IMG/VR virus record: IMGVR_UViG_641201351_000001 | Location: 64,001-128,000 of that record | Reading direction: 5' to 3' (one strand) | DNA length: 64,000 bases | Source: a virus | Lineage: Duplodnaviria; Caudoviricetes | Shown: positions 51,155 through 59,900 of the stretch, in pieces | Numbering within the stretch: the first letter of the stretch is position 1 | Layout of the letters: every line of letters begins with the position of its first letter | Notes under the pieces: generated by a model | Told to the model about the DNA's origin: nothing | Database searches by the model: none | What the model saw: the letters and a program-made list of their open reading frames with translations, nothing else | Translations under genes and position numbers: made by a program

Positions 51155-51724
51155 TTAAACGCTAGGATGAGGAGTTGGTACACTATTGTATAAGTCTGGA
51201 AGGTTGAATAAATGCTGCCCAAGATCTAAGACTTTGTATTTCAGTTTAAAGACAGAACTGTAGGGAGTTTTGTGTCTTGATCTTTCGTGAGAAGATAAGC
51301 TAACAACAAGATCAAATCTAGTTAAAGGAATTCCTTTTCTTAGACTAAAGAATTCAATTAGTTCTTCTATTGAATCCTCGATGAAGAAATAAAACGCATT
51401 TTTTATTCTCTTTTCATTTGGCATTACTAGCCTCGCAAATTGAATTTGCTTAGACATTTCTAAATCTAGCTTGCATTCTTTGTTTTTTCCTAGTGAATAG
51501 ACATTTATGCTTTTTGAGATCGTTAGGTCAAAGTCTTTCTTAATTATTGCTTTTGACAATACTTTTTCTATAAGCCTCTCTAAAGAGTTTTTATTTTTCG
51601 CTGATATTTCTGCTAAATAATGAAACTTAAACTCTTCAAGGTTCTTTTCATTGAAATACTCGTAGTTTATTTCGATTTGATTAAGAAAAAAGGTTTGCTT
51701 GTTGATTTTGATAAGTTCTTTCAT
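51155..51724 (-). CDS. array protein, C-terminus LPDLYNSVPTPHPSV encoded by motif B
   Basis: Third protein reading through motif B. Confidence 0.75.
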   Translation of the reverse strand: MKELIKINKQTFFLNQIEINYEYFNEKNLEEFKFHYLAEISAKNKNSLERLIEKVLSKAIIKKDFDLTISKSINVYSLGKNKECKLDLEMSKQIQFARLVMPNEKRIKNAFYFFIEDSIEELIEFFSLRKGIPLTRFDLVVSLSSHERSRHKTPYSSVFKLKYKVLDLGQHLFNLPDLYNSVPTPHPSV

Positions 51725-51726
51725 CT

Positions 51727-52257
51727 TCAGATCTCAATTTTTTTTCTTTCAAAATACACTAAAAACCAAATGACATACTTTTCAGGAAAAGGTATTGTTT
51801 TATTTTTAAAGCTTGCGACAATTCTTTGCGCAAAAGATATCTTCAAGGTCTTGTTTTCGTATATGCAGTCTTTAAACATGCTATTTTCGATTATCTTTTC
51901 TATTCTTTCAGAAATCATTTTTGATAGGTCTACTTCGCTGACATCTTCAATGAATTCTTTGTTTGAACCTAGAAAATTTGTTAAATTTTTTATTCTCTTT
52001 TTCTTTTGTCCTTGTACTTCAATTTCAACATCATTAGCGATGACGACATCTAAATTCTCTTTTTTGATTTCTTTGAATGTTTTAGCGAGAAATTTTTTTG
52101 CAGCTTCAAAGTCTTCTGAAACAAACTTTCTTTGGTTGAATAATTCGTTTGTAAGGCCGCTAAAATCAATTCTTCTATAAATGCTAACTGCACAATTTTT
52201 CATTAAAAATCTTTGTTCGCCTAAGTCTTTGTTATAAAACAAAAGCTCTTTTCTCAT
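51727..52257 (-). CDS. array-like hypothetical protein
   Basis: GGAGG SD gives the start MRKELL. Confidence 0.7.
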   Translation of the reverse strand: MRKELLFYNKDLGEQRFLMKNCAVSIYRRIDFSGLTNELFNQRKFVSEDFEAAKKFLAKTFKEIKKENLDVVIANDVEIEVQGQKKKRIKNLTNFLGSNKEFIEDVSEVDLSKMISERIEKIIENSMFKDCIYENKTLKISFAQRIVASFKNKTIPFPEKYVIWFLVYFERKKIEI

Positions 52258-52270
52258 CCTAGACCTCCTC

Positions 52271-52693
52271 TTATGTGTAATCTTTAAAGACTTCTTCATC
52301 TAGCGCTCTTTCAAACTCTTCTTTAGTGAGCGTTATAATCTTTCCTTCCTCAAAGAAGTGAATGCGCTTGAAGTCTAATTCATTTAATATGCTTGCGCAA
52401 TACAAGCAAGGTCTAGTATTCTTAAGAAGGTTTTTTCTGTAGCCGAAAACAAAAATATCACTAGGATAAAAGTTTTCTTTTCTAGCCTTGTGAAAAAAGT
52501 CTAACTCAGCGTGAAGCGCTGAAAAGTGAGGATAGTCGTATTTAACTTGCTTGCTGATGATGTATTTATTTTCGCCAATTAGAATTTCTTTTCTATTTAC
52601 GCCAACGCAATACATCTTCACTTTGCCTTTTGGTATATTCGCATCTCTTTCTAGCAAAATATTCATTAGACGAAGTAAACGCTCAATCTTCAT
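52271..52693 (-). CDS. zinc-dependent cytidine/dCMP deaminase-superfamily protein
   Basis: LHAE and RPCLYC motifs; TAGACA-17-TATTAT-7 nt-ATG 52693. Confidence 0.8.
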   Translation of the reverse strand: MKIERLLRLMNILLERDANIPKGKVKMYCVGVNRKEILIGENKYIISKQVKYDYPHFSALHAELDFFHKARKENFYPSDIFVFGYRKNLLKNTRPCLYCASILNELDFKRIHFFEEGKIITLTKEEFERALDEEVFKDYT

Positions 52694-52700
52694 GTGCGTC

Positions 52701-52743
52701 ATAATAACACACGCTTGACAGAATGTCTAGCTTGCTTTATAGT
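52701..52743. promoter_or_regulatory. overlapping divergent sigma70-type promoters
   Basis: + strand TTGACA(52715)-17-TATAGT; - strand TAGACA(52729)-17-TATTAT. Confidence 0.75.
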
Positions 52744-52763
52744 AGGAGTTGCAATGAGGGGAG

Positions 52764-53474
52764 GTGTTTACCTTGCTGAAGTTAGGCGCACTAGACCTAG
52801 GCTCAAGAAGACAGATGATTGTAAAAGGAGTCGTAGAAGACGATGTACTGATAGTTAAAAGCTACAACTATTCTTACATTGAAGAGGAAGAAAAGAAAGA
52901 AAAGATTAGAAAGTTAGACGAGTTTTTAGAGAACAATGTTTTAAATGAAGACCTTGATACAATCATTTTAGAAAGAAGATTTAAAGACAAAAGAAAAAAT
53001 AAAATACTAACAAAAAAAGAAGGATACAAAACTAACATAGATGCGTTTATCACTTTAAGCGAATACGCTAAGAACAAACTTTTGAAAAGCAATATAAAGT
53101 TGCTAACAGTAGAAGCTAGTAATATTGAAGCTTTTAAAATAACGAGAAGAAAAGGAAACTTTTCTTCACCAGGCTGGAAGCAAATTCTTACTGGAATCAA
53201 TAAGCCTAACGACAAAGAAATTGAAAAAGAAATAAACAGTCTTGTAAATAAAGGAAAAATCATATACGAAGTAAACATTGAAGATTTACTTGCGCAAAAA
53301 GTTAAATTTTACATAGACTTCATTGACGCTGTAGGAATGCTTTATGCATACATTAAAAAACCAGAAATTTATGCGTTAGAAGAACAAAATGATAACAAAG
53401 AACCTGAAGCAGACTTATACGAAGAAATTACAAAGGAGTTGTCAAAAAAACTTCTTGGCCCAATAGTGTCTTGA
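52764..53474 (+). CDS. RuvC-like (RNase H fold) nuclease / Holliday junction resolvase candidate
   Basis: ALDLG at the N-terminus, IILER, GWKQ, DFIDAV; the real start may be TTG 52773 after GAGGTG. Confidence 0.65.
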   Translation: MFTLLKLGALDLGSRRQMIVKGVVEDDVLIVKSYNYSYIEEEEKKEKIRKLDEFLENNVLNEDLDTIILERRFKDKRKNKILTKKEGYKTNIDAFITLSEYAKNKLLKSNIKLLTVEASNIEAFKITRRKGNFSSPGWKQILTGINKPNDKEIEKEINSLVNKGKIIYEVNIEDLLAQKVKFYIDFIDAVGMLYAYIKKPEIYALEEQNDNKEPEADLYEEITKELSKKLLGPIVS

Positions 53475-54005
53475 GTGAAATAAAACTCTTTTTGTGTTTA
53501 ATGAAATTAAAAATTTTTTAGTGTTCCTTTTTATCTCATTGCTAATAACAAAAGCGTTTATTTCTTTGTAGTACTTATAAGCGAACCTAGCGTCCTCATT
53601 AAAGTCTGCAACGAAAAGAATTAAGTCTTCTAGATAATAAGAATTCACGATGTAGCTTTTTATCGTCTTGTAGTCTTCCTTTGTCTTTATGTGATAGAAG
53701 TCAAAAACTTCTTCAACTTCAATGAATTTTTTATACGCCTTATACAAAGGCAAAGGATTTTGCAGGAAGTAAAAAAACAAATATCTAGAAAAAGTTTCTA
53801 AATAGTTAGTGCTAAAGCGATATCTTTCAAACTCTGAGATTTTTCTTATAGACTTGTATTGCTTAACAAAAGCGAACTCTTTCAGTATCTTCTTTTGTAT
53901 TGGACTTATGTTAAAAATAATCCTATCGATGAAGTAAACGCTTCTAGCGTTTCTTTTAAACGCTTCGCTTGCTCTTAGAATTGGAAACGATAGTTTAGTG
54001 TTCAC
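53442..54005 (-). CDS. hypothetical protein
   Basis: 187-aa ORF with extended -10 TGCTATAGT upstream; ends KKFF. Confidence 0.65.
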   Translation of the reverse strand: MNTKLSFPILRASEAFKRNARSVYFIDRIIFNISPIQKKILKEFAFVKQYKSIRKISEFERYRFSTNYLETFSRYLFFYFLQNPLPLYKAYKKFIEVEEVFDFYHIKTKEDYKTIKSYIVNSYYLEDLILFVADFNEDARFAYKYYKEINAFVISNEIKRNTKKFLISLNTKRVLFHSRHYWAKKFF

Positions 54006-54074
54006 TCTTTATTCACTATAGCACAAGACCTTTATATCGTCCTGCACGCAAAAATTAAGATTTTAAAAGTGAAA

Positions 54075-54400
54075 CCTTGATTTTTGGGCAAAATTGGGGG
54101 TTTTATTTTCTTATGTCGATTTTCCTATAGGCGAAACAAAATTATAGGGCGACATAAAATCAAAATCTTTGATTTTTGCTAAAAATTGAAAGTTTTATTT
54201 TTTTATAAGATTTTCCTATAAGCGAAATAAAACTTTAGGTGGTGTGAAAATAAAAATCTTTGAATTTTGCGCAAAATTGAAGGTTTTAAAATTTCATAAG
54301 GTTTTGCTATAGGTGAAATAAAAAACTGAAAGAACAAAAAACTAAAATCTTTGATTTTTTGGCGAAATTAAAAGTTTTAAAATTTTGTAAGGTTTTATAG
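54075..54400. repeat. 91-92 bp tandem repeat, about 3.5 copies, with phased A/T tracts
   Basis: Units start at 54075, 54167, 54258 and 54349 (C(C/T)TTGA(T/A)TTTTG..AAAATT...GTTTTA...TTTTCCTATAGGCGAAA). Confidence 0.85.
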
Positions 54401-55999
54401 GGGATTAAATAAAACATAAACAAAATTTCCAGCAGTAGGAACTTTCATATAGCCATTAGCTTTCATGATTTCGCTTTCAGATGAATTTTCGTCAAAGAAT
54501 TTTATTTCGTATTTATTTTGCTCGTAATAACCTTTTAATTTATGTTTTTGAAAAAGTTCTCTAGGATAAAGCTCTCTTCCGTTCTTCGTATAAAAGTATC
54601 CAGGCTTTGTTATTCCAATTCTTTTAAATCCAAGTTTCTCGTAAACCTTGCCACTAGAATACATAAGGTCTGCATAAGAGATTAAGTTTTTTGGTGAAAA
54701 GTGTTTTATCATTTTTCCTAATGCGCCAATAACAATCGTGTTTTTCTTTGAGGCAAACCTAACTAGCTCCCAAGAGAAATTCTCGTTGTATCTAGGTTTT
54801 GCAAAAGAAGCTGCTGCTACGATTTCGTCATCATAATACAGACCAAAAGCATACTTAAAACTTGCGCTTCCAGAAATATGATTTTCTTCAAAAAATTCGT
54901 TTGCAGTAGTGTAGTCAACTTCTTCAATTTTTGTTTTCCTAGCAAATATTTTTCTTTCAAAGAGTCCTAGTTTCGCTTTAATTAGCGATTTGACGATATC
55001 TAGTTTTTGGTAAATAATAGGTTCGTAGAAGAACAGAACATCAATTCCTCTATCAAGAAACAGCAGCTTTTTCTTTTGCAGGTGATTGAAAGGTTTCTTT
55101 TCCTCTGAGTGCCAATAAGCTCCGTTGAGTTCTATTGCTAGATTTTTTGCCGGAATAAAAAAGTCTAATTCTAGTTCATCTCTATACCTAAATTCATAAG
55201 AAAAAGGAATGTTCTTTAAAACTTCGTTTTCAAAAAATTCTTCAAGCGTGCTTTTCTTAATCCTACAACTAGGACAAGAAGTTATGTTATATTGAAGTAG
55301 AACATTTAAATAATATTCAAAAACATTTCCACAAGAGCAAAGTAAAGGAACTCTAGATTTTATATTGTAGTCGTCATATAGAATCTTTAAGTTCGCCTTA
55401 GATGTAAACTCTTCTATTTTTTGTCTAGCTTTTAATGTGATTTCATTTTTCTGCTTAAGTTTTTCTTCTTTTTTATCTACTCCCTTCTTTTTCTCCTCAA
55501 TTAAAAAGAAAAACCTTTCCTTTTTCTTTAGATAAACATCTCGTAGCGTTGTGTACTTCAAGCGCCAAATTTCTTGGTTTTTGTAAATGAGAGAAAATTC
55601 TAAATTAGACAAATTCAAAACAGCCTCAATTGAAAAATTCTTTTCTGCTTCTTTTACAAGATGTGAAATTTGCGGCAAATGAATAAAAAATTTCATACTA
55701 GTCAAAAATTCAAAAAACGCTTTCTCAAAAGAAATTTCTTCAAAACTCTCAACAAGTTTATAATGCCTCTTCGTTTCTAAATTATAGACTAAATCTTTTT
55801 GGGCCTTTTGAGCGTTTGTAGCCTTTGTATAAAGCGAAGGATACGGAATAAGAAACTTGTTGTCTTTATAAAAGACAATTACGCCGTCTTTAGAAAATCT
55901 TTTCTCGAAGTTTTCTACAAAAGAAAGCATCTTGTCAAACTTTTTCTTCGCTTGAAGAACTTTTTTGTTTTCAATGTGGTTAGGAAGGATGATCTTCAC
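54395..55999 (-). CDS. Hef-like endonuclease: Zn ribbon + Vsr/DUF559-like PD-(D/E)xK domain + Mom-like GNAT domain
   Basis: CSC..CPSC; ELDFFIPAKNLAIELNGAYWHS; FFEENHISG, WELVRFAS, LISYAD..YSSGKVYEKLGF. Start is GTG 55999, 6 nt after TGTTATACT. Confidence 0.8.
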   Translation of the reverse strand: MKIILPNHIENKKVLQAKKKFDKMLSFVENFEKRFSKDGVIVFYKDNKFLIPYPSLYTKATNAQKAQKDLVYNLETKRHYKLVESFEEISFEKAFFEFLTSMKFFIHLPQISHLVKEAEKNFSIEAVLNLSNLEFSLIYKNQEIWRLKYTTLRDVYLKKKERFFFLIEEKKKGVDKKEEKLKQKNEITLKARQKIEEFTSKANLKILYDDYNIKSRVPLLCSCGNVFEYYLNVLLQYNITSCPSCRIKKSTLEEFFENEVLKNIPFSYEFRYRDELELDFFIPAKNLAIELNGAYWHSEEKKPFNHLQKKKLLFLDRGIDVLFFYEPIIYQKLDIVKSLIKAKLGLFERKIFARKTKIEEVDYTTANEFFEENHISGSASFKYAFGLYYDDEIVAAASFAKPRYNENFSWELVRFASKKNTIVIGALGKMIKHFSPKNLISYADLMYSSGKVYEKLGFKRIGITKPGYFYTKNGRELYPRELFQKHKLKGYYEQNKYEIKFFDENSSESEIMKANGYMKVPTAGNFVYVLFNPL

Positions 56000-56022
56000 A
56001 GCATCAGTATAACAAAAAAATT

Positions 56023-56099
56023 TGGTGGGGCGTGTAGGACTCGAACCTACAACCAATCGGTTATGAGCCGACCGCTCTCACCGCTTGAGCTAACGCCCC
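56023..56099 (-). tRNA. tRNA with CAT anticodon (Ile2-like; elongator Met not excluded)
   Basis: GGGGCGT TA GCTC..GAGC G GTCGG CTCATAA CCGAT..GTAGG TTCGAGT CCTAC ACGCCCC A CCA; full cloverleaf with encoded CCA. Confidence 0.92.
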
Positions 56100-56111
56100 A
56101 CGATTATTATT

Positions 56112-56188
56112 TGGCGAGGGGTGCAGGACTTGAACCTGCAACCTAGGGATTAGAAATCCCTTGCTCTGTCCTGTTGAGCTAACCCCTC
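56112..56188 (-). tRNA. tRNA-Arg(TCT)
   Basis: GAGGGGT..AGGGA TTTCTAA TCCCT..GCAGG TTCAAGT CCTGC ACCCCTC G CCA. Confidence 0.93.
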
Positions 56189-56200
56189 AAACACAAGTCT

Positions 56201-56229
56201 AGTATAGCACACCCTCACAAGTCTGTCAA
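56201..56229 (-). promoter_or_regulatory. consensus promoter for the tRNA pair
   Basis: TTGACA-17-TATACT ending 12 nt upstream of tRNA-Arg. Confidence 0.85.
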
Positions 56230-56777
56230 GCCTGTGTGTCAGGCTCCAAAACAACCTCTTCAACGAGTTCTCCTACTAGATATGTATAATACTTTGAAAA
56301 TTCTTTATAACCAGGTGCAAACACTTTTAATGTCATATTTACTCTAGCCTTATCTTCAATTACAATAACTTCACCCTCTTGAACATTGTATTCAACAAGG
56401 TTTTCTCCTTCTTGTCTTTGCATTGAACATCTAGCGAAAACAGGATTGCCTTGCTGGTCTTTAATGATTAGCGTTAGCTTAAAAGTAGTTTTTATTTGCC
56501 CACCAATAACTCCATAAATACCAGCTTCTAACATCTTACCTATAGTGCATTCATCAACGCCAAGGTTTTTATTAGTAAGCTGCATCAAGATAAAAACAGG
56601 TTCTCCTTCTATAGTTATACTACCTGTTTCTAATGTATACCACTTACCGTCTTTATAAAAACCATCAGCGTACTCAATTGTTACTCTTAAAGACTCTGTT
56701 GCGAAATCTCTTTCTATGTGAAGGCTTTTGTGTCTTCTCTCTATTTTTGTTTGAACTTCTCCTACTTCTAAAGCCAT
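56226..56777 (-). CDS. probable virion accessory protein with C-terminal PEGA/carboxypeptidase-regulatory-like beta domain
   Basis: LIIKDQQGNPV...LKVFAPGYKE pattern; TAGAAT-6 nt-ATG. Confidence 0.55.
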   Translation of the reverse strand: MALEVGEVQTKIERRHKSLHIERDFATESLRVTIEYADGFYKDGKWYTLETGSITIEGEPVFILMQLTNKNLGVDECTIGKMLEAGIYGVIGGQIKTTFKLTLIIKDQQGNPVFARCSMQRQEGENLVEYNVQEGEVIVIEDKARVNMTLKVFAPGYKEFSKYYTYLVGELVEEVVLEPDTQA

Positions 56778-56820
56778 AATTATATTCTATAACAAAGTCG
56801 TCTTGTGGTATGATGTGTGT

Positions 56821-56994
56821 ATGGAAATTTACTACGAGCTAAAAGATAAATTTGATTTTGGTTATTTCATTAAGATAAATTTTGATGCGAGAAATTTGTT
56901 TTTTGTTAGCGCAACAAATTTTGAGGAAAAATTTTGCGAAATAAAAAATACTCTACTTCTTAATGATGTTCAAATTTCTTATAAACTCCTCTAA
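56821..56994 (+). CDS. small hypothetical protein (57 aa)
   Basis: Extended -10 TGGTATGAT 6 nt before ATG 56821. Confidence 0.45.
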   Translation: MEIYYELKDKFDFGYFIKINFDARNLFFVSATNFEEKFCEIKNTLLLNDVQISYKLL

Positions 56995-59900
56995 AGGAAC
57001 TGAAGAAATATTGCCTTCTACAATAATCACATGTGTTCCTCTTACTCCAGAAGATACTTGTAAAGAAGGCGTTGTAGTAGAAGAAATAGAAACACTAGAA
57101 GCAGTATTAGTTGAAGGAATGTTTTCAATATTTCTACGCATCTCGTCAATTATTTTTTTAGACTCTGGGCTTAAATTGAGATACTTGTAAAGAAAATCAG
57201 TTCCTCCTTCTATCGCCTCAGAAGTTAAATTAATAATTCCTTTTCCTAAAGGCTCACTAAGCTTTAGCGTAATAGCAGCTAAAGTAGTGATGTTTTTATT
57301 TAGACTTACAACTGCTTGAGAGTTTTCTTTAAAAGTGTCAATAAGAAGTTGGAAAGAAGAATTTAACACATCTAACTGCCTAGCAAAAACTTCATCTGGT
57401 GTCTTTGTAGTTGGCATTCCTTTTCCTAGCTCTGTTTCTACAATTCTCCTAGCTCTCGTAATATCGCCAGTAATAGCAGACGCAATTAGAGTTCTAAACA
57501 CCTCAGGAGAAATATTAGTAAGACCTAAGACTTGCTGCATTATAGGAATTAAAAAGTTTTCTGCTTGCGCTGTAAATCTTCCTCCAGTAAATTGACTAAC
57601 TAATCCAGTTTCTATAGAAAGTCTTCTTAGAACCTGAATTAAATTATCAGGTGTAGCACCTCTTTGTAAGTCTAAAGGTGTCAAACCTGCACGAATACCA
57701 ATACCTAAAGCTATAGGATTTCCACTTAAGCCGCTTCTAATAAATTCGTTAAAAGTAGAAACACCTTGTTGAACTATCTCAGGATTTCTTTCAGCCAATC
57801 TAGCGATTTGATAGTTTGAAAAGTTTCGCAAAACAGTTTGCGCTGTTAAAAAAGTATTAAAGTAATCATAAGGATTCAAACCTTGCCTAATAGCGATAGA
57901 AGTTGAGGCGCTAATCAAAGCTTCACTAAAAGCTTTAGTAAACGCTGAATATTCACTTCCTAATAAAAAGGCTCCTCTTATAGCTCTTCTTTCATCTATT
58001 AACGCTCTTCTAGAAGTAGCTACAAGATTTACAGCCTCTGCAATAGAAGTACCAAACAGATTAGCTACTCTAGCGCTGTTTAATAAAGCAGAAGAAAAAT
58101 TATCTACGCTTCTACTTAAGCCGCCAATAGAAGCGAACAACCTAGCTGATGTACCTAGATATTCTTCTGTTGTAAATCCTTGATTAGCAGGAAATACTCT
58201 TCCTCCAAAAATAAATTGCCTAGAAACATTAGCTACATCTCCTCCTAATTGCTCACGAATTTGCTGAGGAAGAAGTCTTATTTGTGTAAAGCGGCTATAA
58301 AAAGTATCATAAGCTTTGTTTACGCTCTGCAAATAAAAATCAGTAAGAAAAGCTGCTGAACCTGCTAGAACGCCTGCACCTACGCTAGCTGCTGATGTGA
58401 GTATGTTTCTTCCTACTAGATTGTTAGCAGACAAAGAAGCTGCTAAACCTAAAGAACCTACAGAAACTGCTGCTGCGCTTGTTGCGATAGAAAATTGATT
58501 TAAATTTTTTGTGGTTTCAGAGATGTATTGCTTAACTTCTTCTTTCTCTTTAGGAGGAAAAATCTTATCTAATAAGAAACCAGTTCCTACACCTGCTGCT
58601 ACGCCGAGTATAGGATTAAAAAGTCCTACAAGCGAACCTACTGCAAAAGAAGCTCCTGTTTTTAAAACATTTTCGATATTAAAAGTTCTTCTTAATCCTT
58701 CGCCTAAATTTCCAGATTCTAAAGTATTTAGAATAGCGTCTAAACCTATACCAAATAACGCACCTGTTGCGCCTACTCTTAAACCTCTAGAAAAATTTGT
58801 AGGAGTTCTATCAGTAGTAGGTCTATTCGTAGGAACAGGTGTAGGAGTTCTATTAGTAGGAGGAGGAGTTGTTATAGGAGTTCTGCTTAACGAAGGAAAG
58901 TTTCTAGCTAATAAATTATCTACTGCGCTAAATACATTTGTGCCTATGAGAAAACCTTGTCTAAGCGAAGAAGCAAAGATATCTACAAAAGGATTTCTTG
59001 TTGTTGAAAAAATATAATCTAATTCTCTTATGCTGAAATTTTTGAAGGAGTTTAAAAGTTCTCTTAGTTCTTTATTCGCTTCATTTCTAATCTTTAATTC
59101 TTCTGCATATAGCTGAGTAAGAGATTTTAGATAGTTAAATCTCTCTTCTTGAAGCCTAGCAACTTCTTCTGGTGATTGCGCTTTTTGTAAGCTTTCATTT
59201 ACTCTGTTTAATTGCGCAATAAAATTTGACCTAGCGATGCTTATTGCGTTTAAAGATTCGTTGTAAAACTCACTAAGCGTTCTAGATAGAAATATTTCTC
59301 TTTCGCTTTTAAAAATTCTTTCAGATATAGAAAGCTGATTTCTTGTTGATTTCGCTAGCTCAAAAAGACTTCTAAATTCTGAGAACGCTCTTTGCGCACC
59401 TGTTTGTCTTAGGTCAAAGTAGTTAGAAAGAAAATCTCTATCTAAATCGCCTGAAGCTTCTAAATAGTATCCAGTTATAGGAAACTTTTCTATAGCTCTT
59501 TTATAAAATGCGCCTAAAGCGATGTCTTGTATAGATTTTTCCTGAGTTCTAATATCTTGAAGTTTTAAATCAGCAACAAATTTTTCTACAGCCTTTCTAA
59601 ATTCTCCTAGATTTACTGAAGCTATATTAAGCGCTTTAGGAAGTTGTTGTGATAATTCTTCAACAAAATTTCTTCCTGTAGCTTGAGAGAGGAGATTTAA
59701 GTTTTCTATTTGCTGCTTTAATGATGAAAGAAAATTTTGCAGCTCATTTAAATCTCTAGCATAAGGCAAGGATATGCCTCTTGATCTTCTAACTGATGAA
59801 ACGCTGTATTCTAATTGCTGTAAAGTTTCAATTAGCTGTTGTGTATTTCTAGATGCAGCTTTTAGTGTTGCTGATAAAATTTGCGAAAATGTTCCTGTTT

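Larger units (their letters stand above)
41318..51203. repeat. dispersed ~28-bp motif B, consensus TTGGTACACTATTAnn(n)AAGTCTGGAAG
   Basis: Seven copies at about 41318, 41364, 45956, 46569, 48170, 49773 and 51175, all in the same orientation. Confidence 0.9.

Noticed and set aside
41318-51203. Motif B as a CRISPR array
   Set aside because: Copies are separated by whole genes, the one close pair has only ~18 bp between copies, and there are no cas genes.
51620-52180. 186-aa plus-strand ORF and similar antisense ORFs (e.g. 2112, 9996, 12612, 37167, 55799, 57335, 58511)
   Set aside because: They lie opposite well-supported genes, are S/F/L-rich mirror translations, and lack promoters or SD sites.
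24642-52257. EVF/EVI tails as a by-product of overlapping Shine-Dalgarno sequences (GAG GTG)
   Set aside because: Plausible for 29045, 38531, 39077, 39616 and 42510, where the next gene is coupled. Most tails, however, use non-SD codons and have no adjacent downstream start, so this cannot explain the pattern.
24642-52257. Terminal Phe as an outer-membrane beta-barrel (BamA) signal
   Set aside because: No signal peptides, and the proteins are K/E-rich with helical segments; only 30885 (YDYMF) resembles the signal closely.
20658-52257. Integron or diversity-generating retroelement behind the array
   Set aside because: No integrase or reverse transcriptase in the window, no attC-like long palindromes, and no template/variable pair differing only at adenines. 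A recombinase elsewhere in the genome is not excluded.
52764-53474. RuvC-like ORF as TnpB/Cas12-like
   Set aside because: Only 236 aa, RuvC-I at the extreme N-terminus, no zinc finger, and no adjacent transposon ends or array.
54075-54400. 91-bp repeat as a CRISPR or mini-array
   Set aside because: Similarity extends across whole units, with no unique spacers.
56000-56056. Track start of the 553-aa ORF inside the tRNA
   Set aside because: The extension is tRNA sequence; an extended -10 box 6 nt before GTG 55999 gives a better start.
56023-56099. Initiator tRNA-fMet
   Set aside because: Has a paired G1-C72 and lacks the three consecutive G-C pairs in the anticodon stem.
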